From positions 1-64,000 of the forward strand of contig MEDY01000078.1 of assembly GCA_001724265.1 (NCBI GenBank): DNA of 64,000 nt, in the 5' to 3' direction. Positions 1-12,883 of this stretch are shown piece after piece. The notes beneath the pieces are model-generated. The model searched no databases. It was given only the letters and a program-made list of their open reading frames with translations, and was not told the DNA's origin. This stretch comes from Rhizaria sp. SCN 62-66 (taxonomy: Eukaryota). The position numbers were made by a program, and so were the translations under genes. Numbering within the stretch: the stretch's first letter is position 1; each line of letters starts with the position of its first letter.

Positions 1-3000
1 CGGCGGCCACGGCCACGGCGGTGGACACGCCGGCAGCCGCAGCCGCGGCCGCGGCGCGCGCGAACTGGCCCGCCGGGCCGCCGCCTGCAGCCGCGCCGGC
101 GGCCGCCGCTGCCGCCGCGTGCGAGGCCGCGGAGGTGGGCGCGGAGAAAGCCAGGAACGGCAGCGCCGCGGCGGGCGTCGAGAGCTCCGGCATGACGCAG
201 CACAGGCACGCGAAGAGCAGTTGCGCCGGGAGCGTCGCGACGGGGTCAGTGAGCAGAGTGATCGCAGGGGTCGTCAGCGTGAGCAGGTAGAACGGGGACA
301 GCGCGGAGGAGGGCAGGCCGCCGTAGTTGCTGTCGCTGCTGCCGCGGCCGCCACCGCCGCCAAGCGCGCCCGCGCCGTGGGTCCTGTCGATGGGGACGTA
401 CGCAAACGCCGACGAAGATCCGGGCAACGGCTTGTCGAGCCACGCCGCGCGCGCTGTGAGAGCCCATAACCGTGAGTTGCTCAGCGCCGTAACGCCCGGG
501 AACGGGCTGCGCATCAGGCCGCCGAGGCTGGCGTCGCTCGCCGCGTCGGCGTCAGCGTCGGCGTCGGCGTCGGCACTGTCATCAACGTCGTCATTGCCGT
601 CATCGTCATCGTCGTTGTCAACGTTGTTGTTGCTCATGACTTCATCGTGATCGTCGACGTTAACATTGAGAGCGTTGTCATCGTCGTCGTTGTCAGCGTC
701 GCTGTCTTGTTTGTCATCCTCGGTGCTGCGCTTCTCAGAAAGCGCAAAACCAATGCTGTTCAAGTACTCCTTGGAGAGCTCCTTTATCGCCTTGGAGCCC
801 ACCGCGACCGCGCTGTTGGAGAGCAGCGGTTGCTGCAGCGACGACACAAAGTAGCCGTCGCCGTCACAGGCAGCAAGCTCGCGCGCAGACACCGCCGCGA
901 CTGTCTCTGCCGCAGCGGCAGCCTCGGCCTCAGCCTCGAGCTCTGCCGCAGTCTTGGCAGCAGCAGCCTCAGAGTGGTCCTTAGTAGTCTTAGCAGTAGC
1001 AGCAGCGGCAGCCTTGGCCGCAGCGTCCGCCTGCGCAGCGGCCTCGACGCTTAAGACGCGCAGCAGCGGGGGCGTGATGCTCTCATCAGCCCACAGAAGC
1101 GCCTTCGACGGCACGAACGGGGTGACTTTGGGCACGAACTCCGTCACATGGCCACTCGCCTCAGCCACAGTGAGGGCCGTGCTTGCGCTGCTTGAACTGC
1201 TCTGTTGCTGCTGCTGAGACTCTAGCTGTTGCTGCGGCTGCTCCAGCTTCTGCTGTTGCTGCTGCTGCGTGAGCGCCAGCGCCTCGTCTTCGCGCCCCAG
1301 CCGCAGCGCCGTGGCCACGAACGCGCTCTCGCCCGTGAAGGCCTGCAGCGCCTGCCACGCACGCACATGCAAGAACACGCGTTGCAGCGGCGCGTCGAAC
1401 GCCGTCTCCAGCATCGCGCGCGCGCGCGAGAGCAGCGCTGAGTGCAGCGGAGTCAGCGCGGGCTTCCCGGCGTCACTACTGTCATTCATCGCGACACCCT
1501 TGCTCTTGCCGTCGCCGTCATCGTGGTTTGCAGCAGCGGCAGCGGCAAAGTAATCGCGTTCCCAGTGCCTGCGGTCCGCACGCGCGACCCGCGCCACGGC
1601 CCTGAGCGCGCCGCACAGCGCGATGACGCGGTCGAGCGCGAGCGTACGCAGGGCGCGCTTGTCGGCGGCGTTGGCGCGCCCCACAAGAAGCAGCGCGGCC
1701 GCGGTGTAAGCAACCACGGCGCGCGTGGCCGTCAACAGCAGCACGAACTGCAGCGCGACGGCGTGCACGAGCGGCTCGGGCAGCACGCCGGGGGCGCCGA
1801 TCAGGGCCGCCAGCGCCGCGGCGGTCGAAGCAGAGCTAGTGCCAATGGTATTGACATTAGCGGCGGTGTTGCTGGTTTCCGCCGACTTGGCGGCGGCGGG
1901 CAGTACGAGGCCCAGGTCGACGCCCCAGTCCCGCAGCATGCGGCTGCGCTGCTGGTCCGCAGCGCTCGAGCCAGGGCCACCGGCGGGCGCGGCCGCAAGC
2001 GTGTGGCACAACGCCGGGTGGGTAGCTGTGGCCGCGGCAACGAAGCCGTCCATGTCGCCCAGAGCGAGCGCGATCAGGCCAGTCTGCGCGGCCTGCGCCG
2101 TCGAGATGACGCCGATCGGGGCCGCGCCGCTGCTGCCGCCGCCGTCGCCGCCGCCGGCAGTGGCAGCAGCAGCGCCCGGGGCGGCGTCGCCGGCGGCGGT
2201 CAGCGTTAGCAAACGCACCGACGGGCGGCCGCGGCGCCGCGGCTGGGGGGTCAAGTCCACAGCAGGGACGGAGGCGTTTGCGCTTGAGGCTGCGGGGGAG
2301 GGGAGTTGCACCAAGGCAGCCTCCCCAGCAGCCTCCTCCTCAGCAGCAGCATCAGCGGCAGCTGCAGCGGCAGCGGCGGCGGCTGGAAGAGAGATGGTCA
2401 CAGTACGGCCATCCTTAAGCTTACCAGCCTTCGTCTTGACCACAGGCTCCTCTTCTTCCTCGTCGTCGTCATCATCATCGTCATCGTCATCGTCGTCGCT
2501 GTCACTAGCGACATCGCTGTCACTCTTCGCAGCCTTGTCCTTGCCAGCGTTCTTGCTCTTATTCTGCGTGGCAGCGCGGTCAATAGGGGGCTGTTCGTTG
2601 CTGGTCTTGGTCGCGGCGGCCGCAGCACTGCGCGAGCGCCGAGAGCCCGTCTCGGCAGCAGTATTATCAACGGCAGCAGAGCCAGCAGCAGTCTCAGCAG
2701 CAGCAGGCGTCGTCGTGCTCGGAGTAGAGTTGGCAAGACGGGCGCGCTTGACACCCTTAGACGGGGTGTCGAGGGCACTTACATCAACCTCAGCAGCTTC
2801 GCCATCGTCATCAGTAGCTACAGCATCAGCCGCAGAGGTTTGAACATCACCGAAAGCCGCGTTGCGCTTCTTGATCATGTCCAGAATGTTCTGAACGGTT
2901 GCCAGTGACGCCGCGTCGGTGGCCGCGACGAGGCCGGTGACGTCGCCGACAGCGTCGTCGCTGACGCCTGCCGCGCTCGTGTCGAGCTCCGCGACGTTGA

Positions 3001-3153
3001 CTGCGCGCAGCGGCACGAAGACGCTCCCGCGCCAGACGCCGCGGCGACCGCTGCCGGTGACGGCGGCGCGGCCGCGCGCGCTCTTGGGGCCAACAGTGTG
3101 CTTAGGTGCGACGGTCATCGCCGTGACGGAACCAGCGCCACCGTCGTTCGCGG

Positions 3154-3197
<44 letters not shown>

Positions 3198-6100
3198 TCG
3201 TTGCTCCCAGCGCTGGCGCCGGCGGCAGCGTTGTAGCGCGAGACGAGGTTATTGTAGCCACGGGTGACGGCCGTTTGCAGCACATCGTCGCCCAGGAACT
3301 CGATGAGAGTTGGCGGCAGCGTCGCGACAGAGGCCGCGAGGGACGCATTGACCTCGTCGCCCTCGACCGAGCGCAAACTCGCGAAGAGCGCCTCGAGCCC
3401 GAGCTCTGACTCAGCCGCGCTCTCGTCTATGCTGACGTCCTTGCCGTCGCCGCCAGTGCGTTTGCGCCAGTGCCGCTGGTGCTCTTGCACAAGCAGCCAC
3501 GCGAGCGACTTGACCTGTCCCGCCGGCGTCAGCTGCGCCATGTCAACCGCGCGAAGCAGCAGCTCGGCGCCGGGAACGCAGCGCGCGGCCGCGGCAACCG
3601 AGACCGGGGTCGCAGCGTCGGTGAGGTAGCGCTGCGAGTCAAACCGAGCCCTTAGAGCGGCTAAGGGGGCACTAACACTTCCATCCCCTTCCGTCTTGAG
3701 CGGGACCTGCGCTGCCAGCAGCGCCGCCTTGGTGAGAACGCGCGCCAGCGACCGCTTGAGACCCGTGGACGAGTTGAGGAAGCCGAGGGATGAGAAGGCG
3801 TAGGTAGCGCAGGCCGTGCCCTGCATGCAGGCAAAGTCGGCGCTGAGAAGGGTCTCGCCCGACACTGGCGAGGGGCTCGGGACGCCGGACAGCGTGTACA
3901 CAGTCACTGCCGGTGCAGCACAAACAGCGGCACCAGGGGTACTTACACCGCTCGGGGTACTTACATTGGCGCTACTGAGCAGCGGCCCGGCGCGGAGCAC
4001 GCCGTTGACGAGCGAGGCGCGCATCGCGCGCGGGGCGCGGAACACGACGAGGCTGAGCGCGTCGCGGATCGTCGTGCGCAGGCGGCCCGCGCGCACCGAC
4101 GAGAGGTGGAGGTTGGCGGCGACCACGCTGGCCGAGGCGGCCAGCGCGCTCGCGGAGGCGGCGGAGTCGGCGCTGGCAGCGGCGTCGGCAGCGGCGGCGG
4201 CAGCAGCGGAGTGGGAAGACAGGCCGCGGATGGAGGAAGCGGAGGCAGCGTGCGAGTACGATGCGAGGTGCGGAGGCATCGGGGGCACGCCTGCGGGCTC
4301 TGAGGAGAGCGCGGCGGCGGGGTCATAGACAACAACTGCACTGTTACTTGCCTTGGTGTCGCCAGTCTCCTCAGTCTTTGCCACCGCAGCTGCTGCCGCC
4401 GCTGTGGAGGGCGAGAGAGCCTTGCTGCCGCTCTGGTCCTCCGCCTTAACGCGAGCGGAGTCAGCTTTGGCGGCGGCCTTAGCGGCAACGGCACGGGCGC
4501 GAGCCTCGAGCCTACGGATCAAGACAAAACATGTGGAGAGATATATCATCAACATGTGAGGGTTGATTTATACAACTCAAATATAGTAAATAACACGTTA
4601 AAAAAAATATGAGGATCGAAAAATATTGTAATCTTGTGATATTTGTTAAAGTTTAATGTCGAGCGTACCTGGCGTTAATGCGCTTGTCAAGCGGACTGAG
4701 CGTGAGCGCGTGTCCGACCGCGGCCGTGGCGTCGACGACGACGCGAGTCCAGAAAAAAGACTGCGTGAGCGCCGCGTAGCACGCGTTGGCGGTCTGCACA
4801 GTCGCGATGACGACAACGGGCACTGCAGAGACACTTGGGACAGCGCTAGGAGAGCGGCTCATGTTGCCGCCGCTATTGCCGCTCGTGGTTGGGACGCTGG
4901 CGCCCGCTGCAAGTAGCGACAGCAACGCGGCCAAGTGCCGCCGCGTGTGCGCAGTGACGGCGGCCTGGCCCGCCGCAGTGGTCGCCGCCGTGTGCACGAA
5001 CAGGTCGATCGCGGGCAGCAGCAGTACGCCGCCCGCATTGACGCCGCCAGACCTGCTGTTGCGCGGGGCCAGGATCGCGGCGGCGTCAGCGCTCGCGCCG
5101 GAGCCCGCAGCGGCGACCGCGGCCGCCGCGCCGAGACTGGGCGCCAGCGCCCGCAGCAGCGCGGGCCACTCGGCCGCGGTCGCCGCAGAGTCCGAGATCA
5201 CGAGAATGGGCGCGATCGGCACTGTGACACGATCGCCGCCGGTGGTGTTTCCGGCGGTGATCGCGCTATCGGCGCTCTTGGTATTGGTCTGGGAGTGCAA
5301 GCGCTCATAGCAGTCGCACTCGACCATAAGCGCCGCAAGCGCGCGCCGCACCCGCGGCTCACAGTCGTTGAGCAGCGCGCCGGACAGTCCGGCGAGGCGC
5401 TCGCGGGACAGCGCCCAGCGCAGGTAGCCAGCGGCCGCGGAGGGCAGCGGGGCTGTGGCCAGGGCGGGGACAGGGCACTCGGTCAGAGCCAGAGGCGGAG
5501 ATTCAGAGTGTGGCTGAGAGCGAGACTGCGATTGGGAGACGGCATCGTTATTAGAGGGCAGTGCAGGGAGGGACAGACAATGAGCCCAGGGCTTCAGCTT
5601 CTCAGCTTCACCCTCCAGACTACCGTTACTGTCATTTTCGCTATTGTTCTTATTAGCGAGCAGGATAGTGCAATTGTTGAGCTCGCTGAAGTCCCGCGGC
5701 CAGGACATTGCCGGCGGCAACGGCAGCGCCCGCCGGCCGACCCAGCCCCAGTCGCCGACCCCGCTGCCCTGACCGTCGCCCGCGGCCGCCCTCGCGGCGC
5801 TCACAGCGGACGTGGCGTCCTCGTCGCCCAGCAGCCCGTTGACGAGCGCGTACTCGTGCGCCAGCGCAGAGCGCGCCGCCGTCAGCCGCGCGAAGGCCGC
5901 GGAGACGGCGCCCTCGAGCGGCGCGGGCCGGCTTCCGACCCGGCCAGCGGCGGCCCCACTGAAGGCGCCCGCGGCCGCGGCTGTCGCAGCGGCCGCCGAG
6001 GCCGCGGTCGCCGAGACGGTGGCGCTGCGAGAGCTTCCGGACGCGAACACGCCTCTGTTGCCGCTGCTGCCGCCGCTGCCGCTGCCGTTGCCGCCGCCGT

Positions 6101-7484
6101 GGCTGCTTGACGCGGCGGCCGCGGCGGTGGCGGCGGCGCCCGCCTGCGCAGTCGAGAGCGACAGGCGTGGGGAGGTGTCGACGGGGGCGCTGTAGTCGTA
6201 CGCGGTCGGCGAGTACACGATGTGGCTCACGGCGCGCGCTGCAACGCCCGCGTACGCCGCGACATCGGCGGCGCTCACGGTCACTTTCGGCTTCTGCTCG
6301 GCCGCGGCCGCAGTCGCTGGATCGGCGTCGCTCGCAGCATCAGCGTCAGCGTCATCGGCATAGTTGTCGCCATTTTCAGTGTCGTTGTCATTATCACTAC
6401 GATCAGCAGCAGCAGCAGCAACAGCTGACGCTGTGTTCACGGGCGATTTCACACCCTTTTTTCCGTTTTTGTCCGCAAACCATGCGTGCACGTCGGCCGC
6501 GCTCTTGAACGCCGCGTCCACCATCCCTGCAATGCGCGTCTGATGCTGGAACTGCCGCAGCCCCGAGAAGCGCGACTTGCCCTTGTTGCCGGCCTTGCGC
6601 GCCATGTTCCAGTTGGCGTACACCGCGGCGACGACTTCGTCGGGCCTGTTGTACTTGAGGGTGCCTGCGTCGGCGGCTTCGGCAGAGAAAGCCGCCGCCA
6701 GCGCCTTGTTGCCGCGCGCGCAGTGGAGCCACACGAGATGGTGGAACTGCCGGCCCGCGCCCGCACCCGCCGCCGCAGAAGCCGATCCGTCACTGGTAAG
6801 CGCCGTTGCTGCAGCGGAGGCGGGGTCACTGCCGAGAACGGTGCCATGGGTGCTGGGGTTGAGCAGACCGCGGGCGGTGGCCGCGGCGACGACGGCGGCG
6901 GCGGCGTTGGCCGCGGCGGTCTCAGCAGCAGCTGCAGTTTTGTCCGAGTCTGAACTTGCATCAGTGGCCTGAGCGGCGGCAGTGGCTGCGGCGGCGGCAG
7001 TGGCTGCGGCGGAGGCGGCGGCGGCGGCCACGGAGGCGGTCCGCTCGCGGGCCTGCGCCGCGCCCGCAGTGAGCAGCGGCAGCATCCGCACGGACTGCAG
7101 CGCAGCGCCCAGCGCGCCAGGCACAGCGAAGCCCGCGGGTGACTCGGCGTCCGTGCCAGAGTCAGCAGCGGCTGCGGTTGCTTGAGGGTGGGAGTCTGAT
7201 TCGGGGGTGACGCTGCAGTGGGCGAAGGTGGGCTTGCCAGTCGATACCAGCGCGGGGTTGACGTCCGAGGGGTTGAGCGGGACGACGACGTCGGCGGACT
7301 CGGGCGCCGCGGTCGCTCCGGGCTTCAGAGCATTGCCGAGGAAGGGCTTGAGCTCCGCGGCATGGGCGTGGTAGTAGCCTGCGCGGGAGAAGGATTTGGC
7401 GTCGATATCGGCAGCCACGACGCGGTTGTGCGCGGTAAGCAGAGCCAGCGACGCGGGTAACGCGATGGCCGGTTTGTGGGACAT
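1..7484 (-). CDS. Large (>2440 aa) low-complexity protein with degenerate SNF2/RAD5-like ATPase motifs and an AT-hook-like motif; 3' end runs off the window. Model: complement(join(<1..4511,4669..7484))
   Basis: ORF 4653..7553 has its first ATG at 7484 (MSHKPAIA). Intron 4668->4512 (GTACGC..TAG, AT-rich) joins DKRINA-R-LEARARA in frame. I translated the second exon by hand down to about position 120 without meeting a stop; the ORF track lists no terminated ORF in this frame, consistent with run-off. SNF2-like segments: YLRWALSRERLAGLSGALLND, PILVISDSAATAAEW, WTRVVVDA. PRRRGRP near 2222-2242. Confidence 0.75.
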
Positions 7485-8410
7485 GGGACCAAGGCGCGGG
7501 GCGCGGGATTGCGCGTAGAGTTGGAGAGAGCTTTCTGTTTTGTGGTAGTGCAACCTAAGACTGGTCTCTGGGGCGTGCAGAAAGAGCGGGGATAAGTCGC
7601 TTCAAGTGGGAAACAAAGCGACCAAGTGACATTAGCAGGTGAGCACGGTTTTGGAGGGTATAGAGTCGGGAAATACGCGGGTTTAAGTTGCGACATGGAT
7701 ATTTGCAGGGCATTCTGCGTTTCGGCGGGCACCAGAGCAGATTGTGTGATGTGGCCTCTGACAACATGATTAATCTCGACAATGGCTCATGCAAACACAA
7801 CAATACATTATCTCTTAGATGTGAAAGTACAAAATCTAACTTATGGCTAAATTACATTCTCAAAGCTGTTTGATTGCCGCCGCTGCACCGCGAGATGTGC
7901 TTTCGCAGAGCGGGGCGCGAAGGACCGCCACACTGCTGCTGCCAGCATTTTTGCGAACCGGTCAGTCCGACCGCCGCAACGGCTGGCAAATCACGTTCGC
8001 TCGCATAGCTCGTCACAGACAGATACAGAAAATGCATTATGTAATGAGATGGTTTAGGTTATTATTTCAATATTGGCCCTTGTTTCATTTTTGTATTGAC
8101 GGACGTTTGGCAGCGATGCATCCTGTGAAAGCCTTCGGCCCGAGTCGTTTCTCTGACACTGCTGCCTTTCACCTCTCACATCGCCCCTCACCCCTGAACC
8201 CTTCTTTTTTCTTAATGTACTCCGCCAACTCCTATGACGCCTTGCCTTTTTACTTGTTTACAGTGGCGGCACGCCTTATACCTTTTGGGCTGATCCACAT
8301 AGTCCATCTCTAGTAGGAGCCCTGATTCGACCTGTCACACATCACACAGCACACAGACAACAGCACACAGACACTACCAGCAGCCCTTAACTCTCCCCAG
8401 CGCCACCGCG
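7485..8410. promoter_or_regulatory. Divergent (head-to-head) promoter interval
   Basis: Lies between the starts of two oppositely oriented genes; AT-richer than the exons; contains TTTTTGCGAACCG at 7948-7960. Confidence 0.55.
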
Positions 8411-9447
8411 ATGCACGCCCACGCCGGGCCGCCCCCGCCCGCGGGTTTCACTGGTCCCCCAGTGCCAGGAGCAAGGCCCATAGCGCACCAAAGGCCGTCG
8501 ACCGCCCACCACAGCAGCCGCTTTCGGGTTAACGTACGTTTCCCTCGTTTTCACAATGAAAGAGGAGGCAAAATAACACAAATCTTCACCCCCATTTGTA
8601 ATAGCTCAATTTATTAAACATGTCGCATGATTTCTTTTGTTGGCTTTTATTTGCGTGATATATCGCAGGTTACCTCCTTCTCCGCTGCCCCACCACGGCC
8701 AACAACTGCAACAAGCTCAGCCTCTAGCTCGAGCTCTAGCGCTGCCGCTGGCACTGGTGTAGCAACTGGCACTGGCAACGGCCCTATGTACGCAGCACCG
8801 GCGGGCCCGCCGCCCGCCGCGGCGATGCGCATGTTGCTGCATAGCATCAACTCGTCAAGTGCCAGTGGTGGTAACAGTACTATTAATAATACTGTGGATG
8901 CAAGCAATAGTCACGTGAGCAGCATCGGCGGCGGCGGCGTGAGGCTGACGAAGGCAGAGGAACTCGCCTTTGCAGCAACGCTGCCGTCAGTCGCCGCCGC
9001 CGTTGCCGCCGCGACGACTGCCGACGCTTTGGCTTCGACTGCTGGTGGCAGCAACAGCAGTCAGTCTACTCAGCGGCAGGTGATTGTTCTTGGCCCTGCT
9101 CTGAGCAAACAACAGCCTGTGAACACGAGCAGCGCGGTTACAGACTCTAGCTTTAGCTCTAGCTCTAGCTCTAGCAATGTTACTGCTGGTGCGAACGAAG
9201 CCTTTGATAGCAACGCAAATATTGATGATGATGACGTGTTTTCTCACACCGATGCCGCGTACCTACTGCGACAGGCGAGGTACAAACAACAACAGCAGCA
9301 ACAAAGCAGGCAAAATCAGCAGCCGAATGTGCAACAGCAACAGCATCGTCACCAGCAGCAGTCGCAGGTGAGTCACGATCACGGTCACGCCATTGCTACT
9401 GCTGCTGCTGTTGCTGCTGCTGCTGACGTTGACAAGAGCGGCCCTCC

Positions 9448-9478
<31 letters not shown>

Positions 9479-9670
9479 AGCGATATTTCGGCCGAGGCGC
9501 TCGCGATCGCGGCCGAGCACACAGCTAGCATCAACGCCAGCAACAAAATCAACAGTAGCTACACGTATGGCGACATTGCGCACATCTTTCACACTCTAAA
9601 GCAGCAGTCCATCATCAACAGCAGCGACAGCGGCAGTATCAGCGCTAACGGGACCGCAAGCGTGGCTCCC

Positions 9671-9701
<31 letters not shown>

Positions 9702-12295
9702 CCACGGTGACCGATGCTGGCCTGGGCTTGAATGGCTCATACTGCGACTTCGACGAATCCTCCACAGCACCAGCTGCGCCAGCTGCCTACAGTCACCGGG
9801 CCACCGTGCCTTCTTCGCACAACAACCAGAGCCAGAGCCAGAGCCAGAGTCACGGTAACGGTCCCAGCCACAGTCGCCACAGTCGCAACCGGCAACAGCA
9901 GCGGCCGCGGCCCGCAACGGCCAGGCCGCCTCCCTCCACGGTGACCGCGGCCACGGTGGCTCGTTTGACCGAGAGCGGCAAGTACGGGCACTTGAACTAC
10001 AACAGCTACATCAACGCGCAGCAGCAGCAGCAGCAGCGGCAGCAGCAACAACAGCAACAGCAACAGCAATCTGGTGCTGCTCACGGTCACTCCGTACACG
10101 ACACCCTTGGCGCGACGGACTCTATCATCAAGAGCGCAACTGCATCCGGCGCGGATCACAGTAATAATGACTTCAATATGAGCTACACTCGCCAACGCCG
10201 CCCCGCCACTGCGGTTGTCCGGCCCTCAACCACCAACGCATATATCCTTAACACGACTACAAACCCTCAAACCAACGCCACTACCCAGCTGAATGAGTCT
10301 TTGACGCCCGCGCCTCTAATGACGGCCGCCGGCGCCGAGGCCTCGGCACTGGCCGCGGCCGCCACCGCTGCCAGCGATGCCGTCAGCTCAGAGCGTTCCC
10401 GGCTGCGTTTATGGTGGTTGGAGACGGCGAACTCCGCCCTGACCCAGAAACTGGCCGAGGCCGAGGCGCGCGCCGCGGCGGCGATTGCGGCCGGCAAGGC
10501 GGGCGCGGCGGCGGCGGCCAAGGCAGGGGCGCTGGAAGAGGAAAACACGGTGCTGCGCGCTGCTGTTGCCGAGCTCTATGCCACGAGGTACGACGTGATT
10601 TCGCTAAAGCGCATATTTCTCCTTCACACTGGAATTATTTGAAAAGAAACACAAGTTTAACACAGCAAACTTAAATATTTACTCCTAAGCTCCACTTGTA
10701 TCCAATTTAGCTAACATATAACAACTTAAACACTGGAATTTGCTTAATCCCCGCACCACAGGGACTCAGCGATCGAGCAGGTGCGGAACGACTTAAAGGC
10801 CGAATACTTCCGTCAGCGCGCACTCGTTTTTGACCGCAACGAGGCACTTACACAGGAACATCGCGCTTTGCGCGCCGAGATATCCTCCCTGCAGACGTTG
10901 CTCGCCGAGCGCGAGGCCGGCGGGGCGACGCTGGCGGCCGACGTTGCTGCGGCCCGAACCGACGCCGCCGCCGCCCGCGCCGAGGTCGCCAAGGCCCAAG
11001 AGCAGGCCCGCGAGTGGGAGGCGGCGCAACGCCGGTGTGCCGAGGCCCTCGAGCGCGAGCAGGCCACGTGTACCACTCTGCGCGCGACCGCCGCCGCCCT
11101 GACAGACGAGGCTAAGGCCGCGGCGACCGGGGAGGCGGCGGCCCGCGCCGAGGCCGCCATGGCCGCCGCGGAGGCCGCGACCGCGCGTGCGCGGCTTGAG
11201 GGCGCGGAGCGCGCGCTGGCGGACGTCCGGGCCTAGGTAGCGCGGGCGCACGCGCGCGCGGCGGCGGCGGACTCGGTGCGCGAGGAGCGAGAGCGGGAGG
11301 CCGCTGTGGCCCGCAGAGAGGCAGCGTACGTCACCTCGGAGCAGCAGCGCAAGGACGCCGCCGCCGCCGCCGTGGCCAAGGAGCTTGAGGCGGTCAAGCG
11401 CGGCGCGAGCGAGCGGATCACCGAGATCGAGCGGGCACGCAAACGCGTGGAGGAGCTCGAGGGCGAGGTCACGGCCCTTACCCGGTCTAAGGGGGAGCTG
11501 CTGATGAAACACGACGCGATGGTGGTGGAGCTCAACCGTGCCGTCGAGGCGCGCGCCTTGGCGCTCGGCGAAGCCACCACGCTGACGCGGTCGCTGGGCG
11601 ACGCCAACGCCGAGCGCGGGCAACTGCGCCAGGAGTTAGGCCGCGCCGAGGCTGGCCTAGCTTCCCTGCGGGCGAAGCTGGCTGCCAGCGAGGATGAGGT
11701 GACACGCGCGAGTCACCGCGCCGACGCTGCGCTGGCGCGCGCGCAGGTGGCCGAGGCGCAGACGCGCGGCGCTGAGAGCCGCCGCGGCGAGGCCGAGGGC
11801 AAGGAACGCGATCTGGAGACGCGCATCCGAGAGCTGTCCTCGGCCAAGGCGCTGCTCGAGGGCAACATGCAGTCGCAGGGGACCGAGCTGCGCGGCATGA
11901 CCAAGCAGTGCCTGGCGATGCAGAGCGAGGTCGCGACGCTGCGCGCAGCGCTGGCCGCCAAAACGGAGCTGGTGGCGGCGCTGCGCGGCGAGCGCGACCG
12001 CGCCGAGGCGACGGCCGCGGCGGCAGGACGGAGGGCCGAGACCGGCGCCGGGCGGGCGGGTGCGCTGCAGAGCGAGGTCGTGCGGCTGCACAGGGCGCTG
12101 GCAGCGCTCAAGGACGTCGCGGTGCGGCTGGGGAGCGACAAAGACGGCGGCTTCACGGCTGAGGGCGACGGCGGCTCTTCTGATGAGGCTTCAAGCGCGA
12201 GGGCTAGTTTACTCAACAGTATTGGCTCTGCTGCGTTTGAAGGGTCTGGGTTTGTCGACGAGCAAGGAAGCTTCCGCTGGCCTGGACAGTTTTAA
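8411..12295 (+). CDS. Protein with a low-complexity N-terminus and a long coiled-coil C-terminus (~1191 aa if the internal TAG at 11234-11236 is decoded). Model: join(8411..8533,8669..10587,10762..12295)
   Basis: Introns 8534..8668 (GTACGT..CAG) and 10588..10761 (GTACGA..CAG) join the ORFs in frame. ORFs 10781..11236 and 11276..12295 share a frame, are both Ala/Glu/Arg coiled-coil-like, and are separated only by one TAG. Ends in TAA. Confidence 0.75.
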
Positions 12296-12790
12296 AACAA
12301 CTTCTGGGCACGTCTCGTGACTTAAAGATACCAGTACGACGTTGTTTTTCGTCTTTAAAACATATTTGATTGAATTACGTGATTATTTGATTCATTGATA
12401 CTTAGTTTCTCTATGCACTATCATAAACAACTTGAACTCTTTTTGGTACTACGGACATAATTGTATTTGTGCTACTTTAACACAACAAAAGGAGATAAAT
12501 GCCCGCAACAAAAGACTTGCTCAGGAAAAAAAGGATCATCTTATGAATGAATTGAGAGTATTACACACTATTCCGACTTGGAATCAGGCACTATGAGTTC
12601 ACATCAACAACACACTCTGCACTTTTATGTTGTACAGTTCTAAAAGCGCTGCAAGTTGTCCAACAAATAGTCCCATCAGAATGAAAATCAGAATGGAAAC
12701 AACAAACAAAAAGTATAAACAAAGCAAAAGCAAAACTAATTAGAAATGCACTATTCTCGGTGCCAACAAATGAAGATACAACGCGCACAG

Positions 12791-12809
12791 CAACAACAAC
12801 AACAACAAC
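12791..12809. repeat. (CAA)6 microsatellite between convergent genes
   Basis: caacaacaacaacaacaac read directly. Confidence 0.8.
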
Positions 12810-12883
12810 TCCTTTAGATTAAGTCTAAGCGATGATGTCATGTCCATGTCAAAGCGTCCACGTAGCTACTTAGACCCTGACAC

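Noticed and set aside
3915-3966. Short duplication GGGGTACTTACA x2, which reads GTAAGT on the coding strand (possible cryptic donors)
   Set aside because: The frame is open through it (VSTPSGVSTPG), no AT-rich intron body follows, and GTAAGT is not the donor type used in this window.
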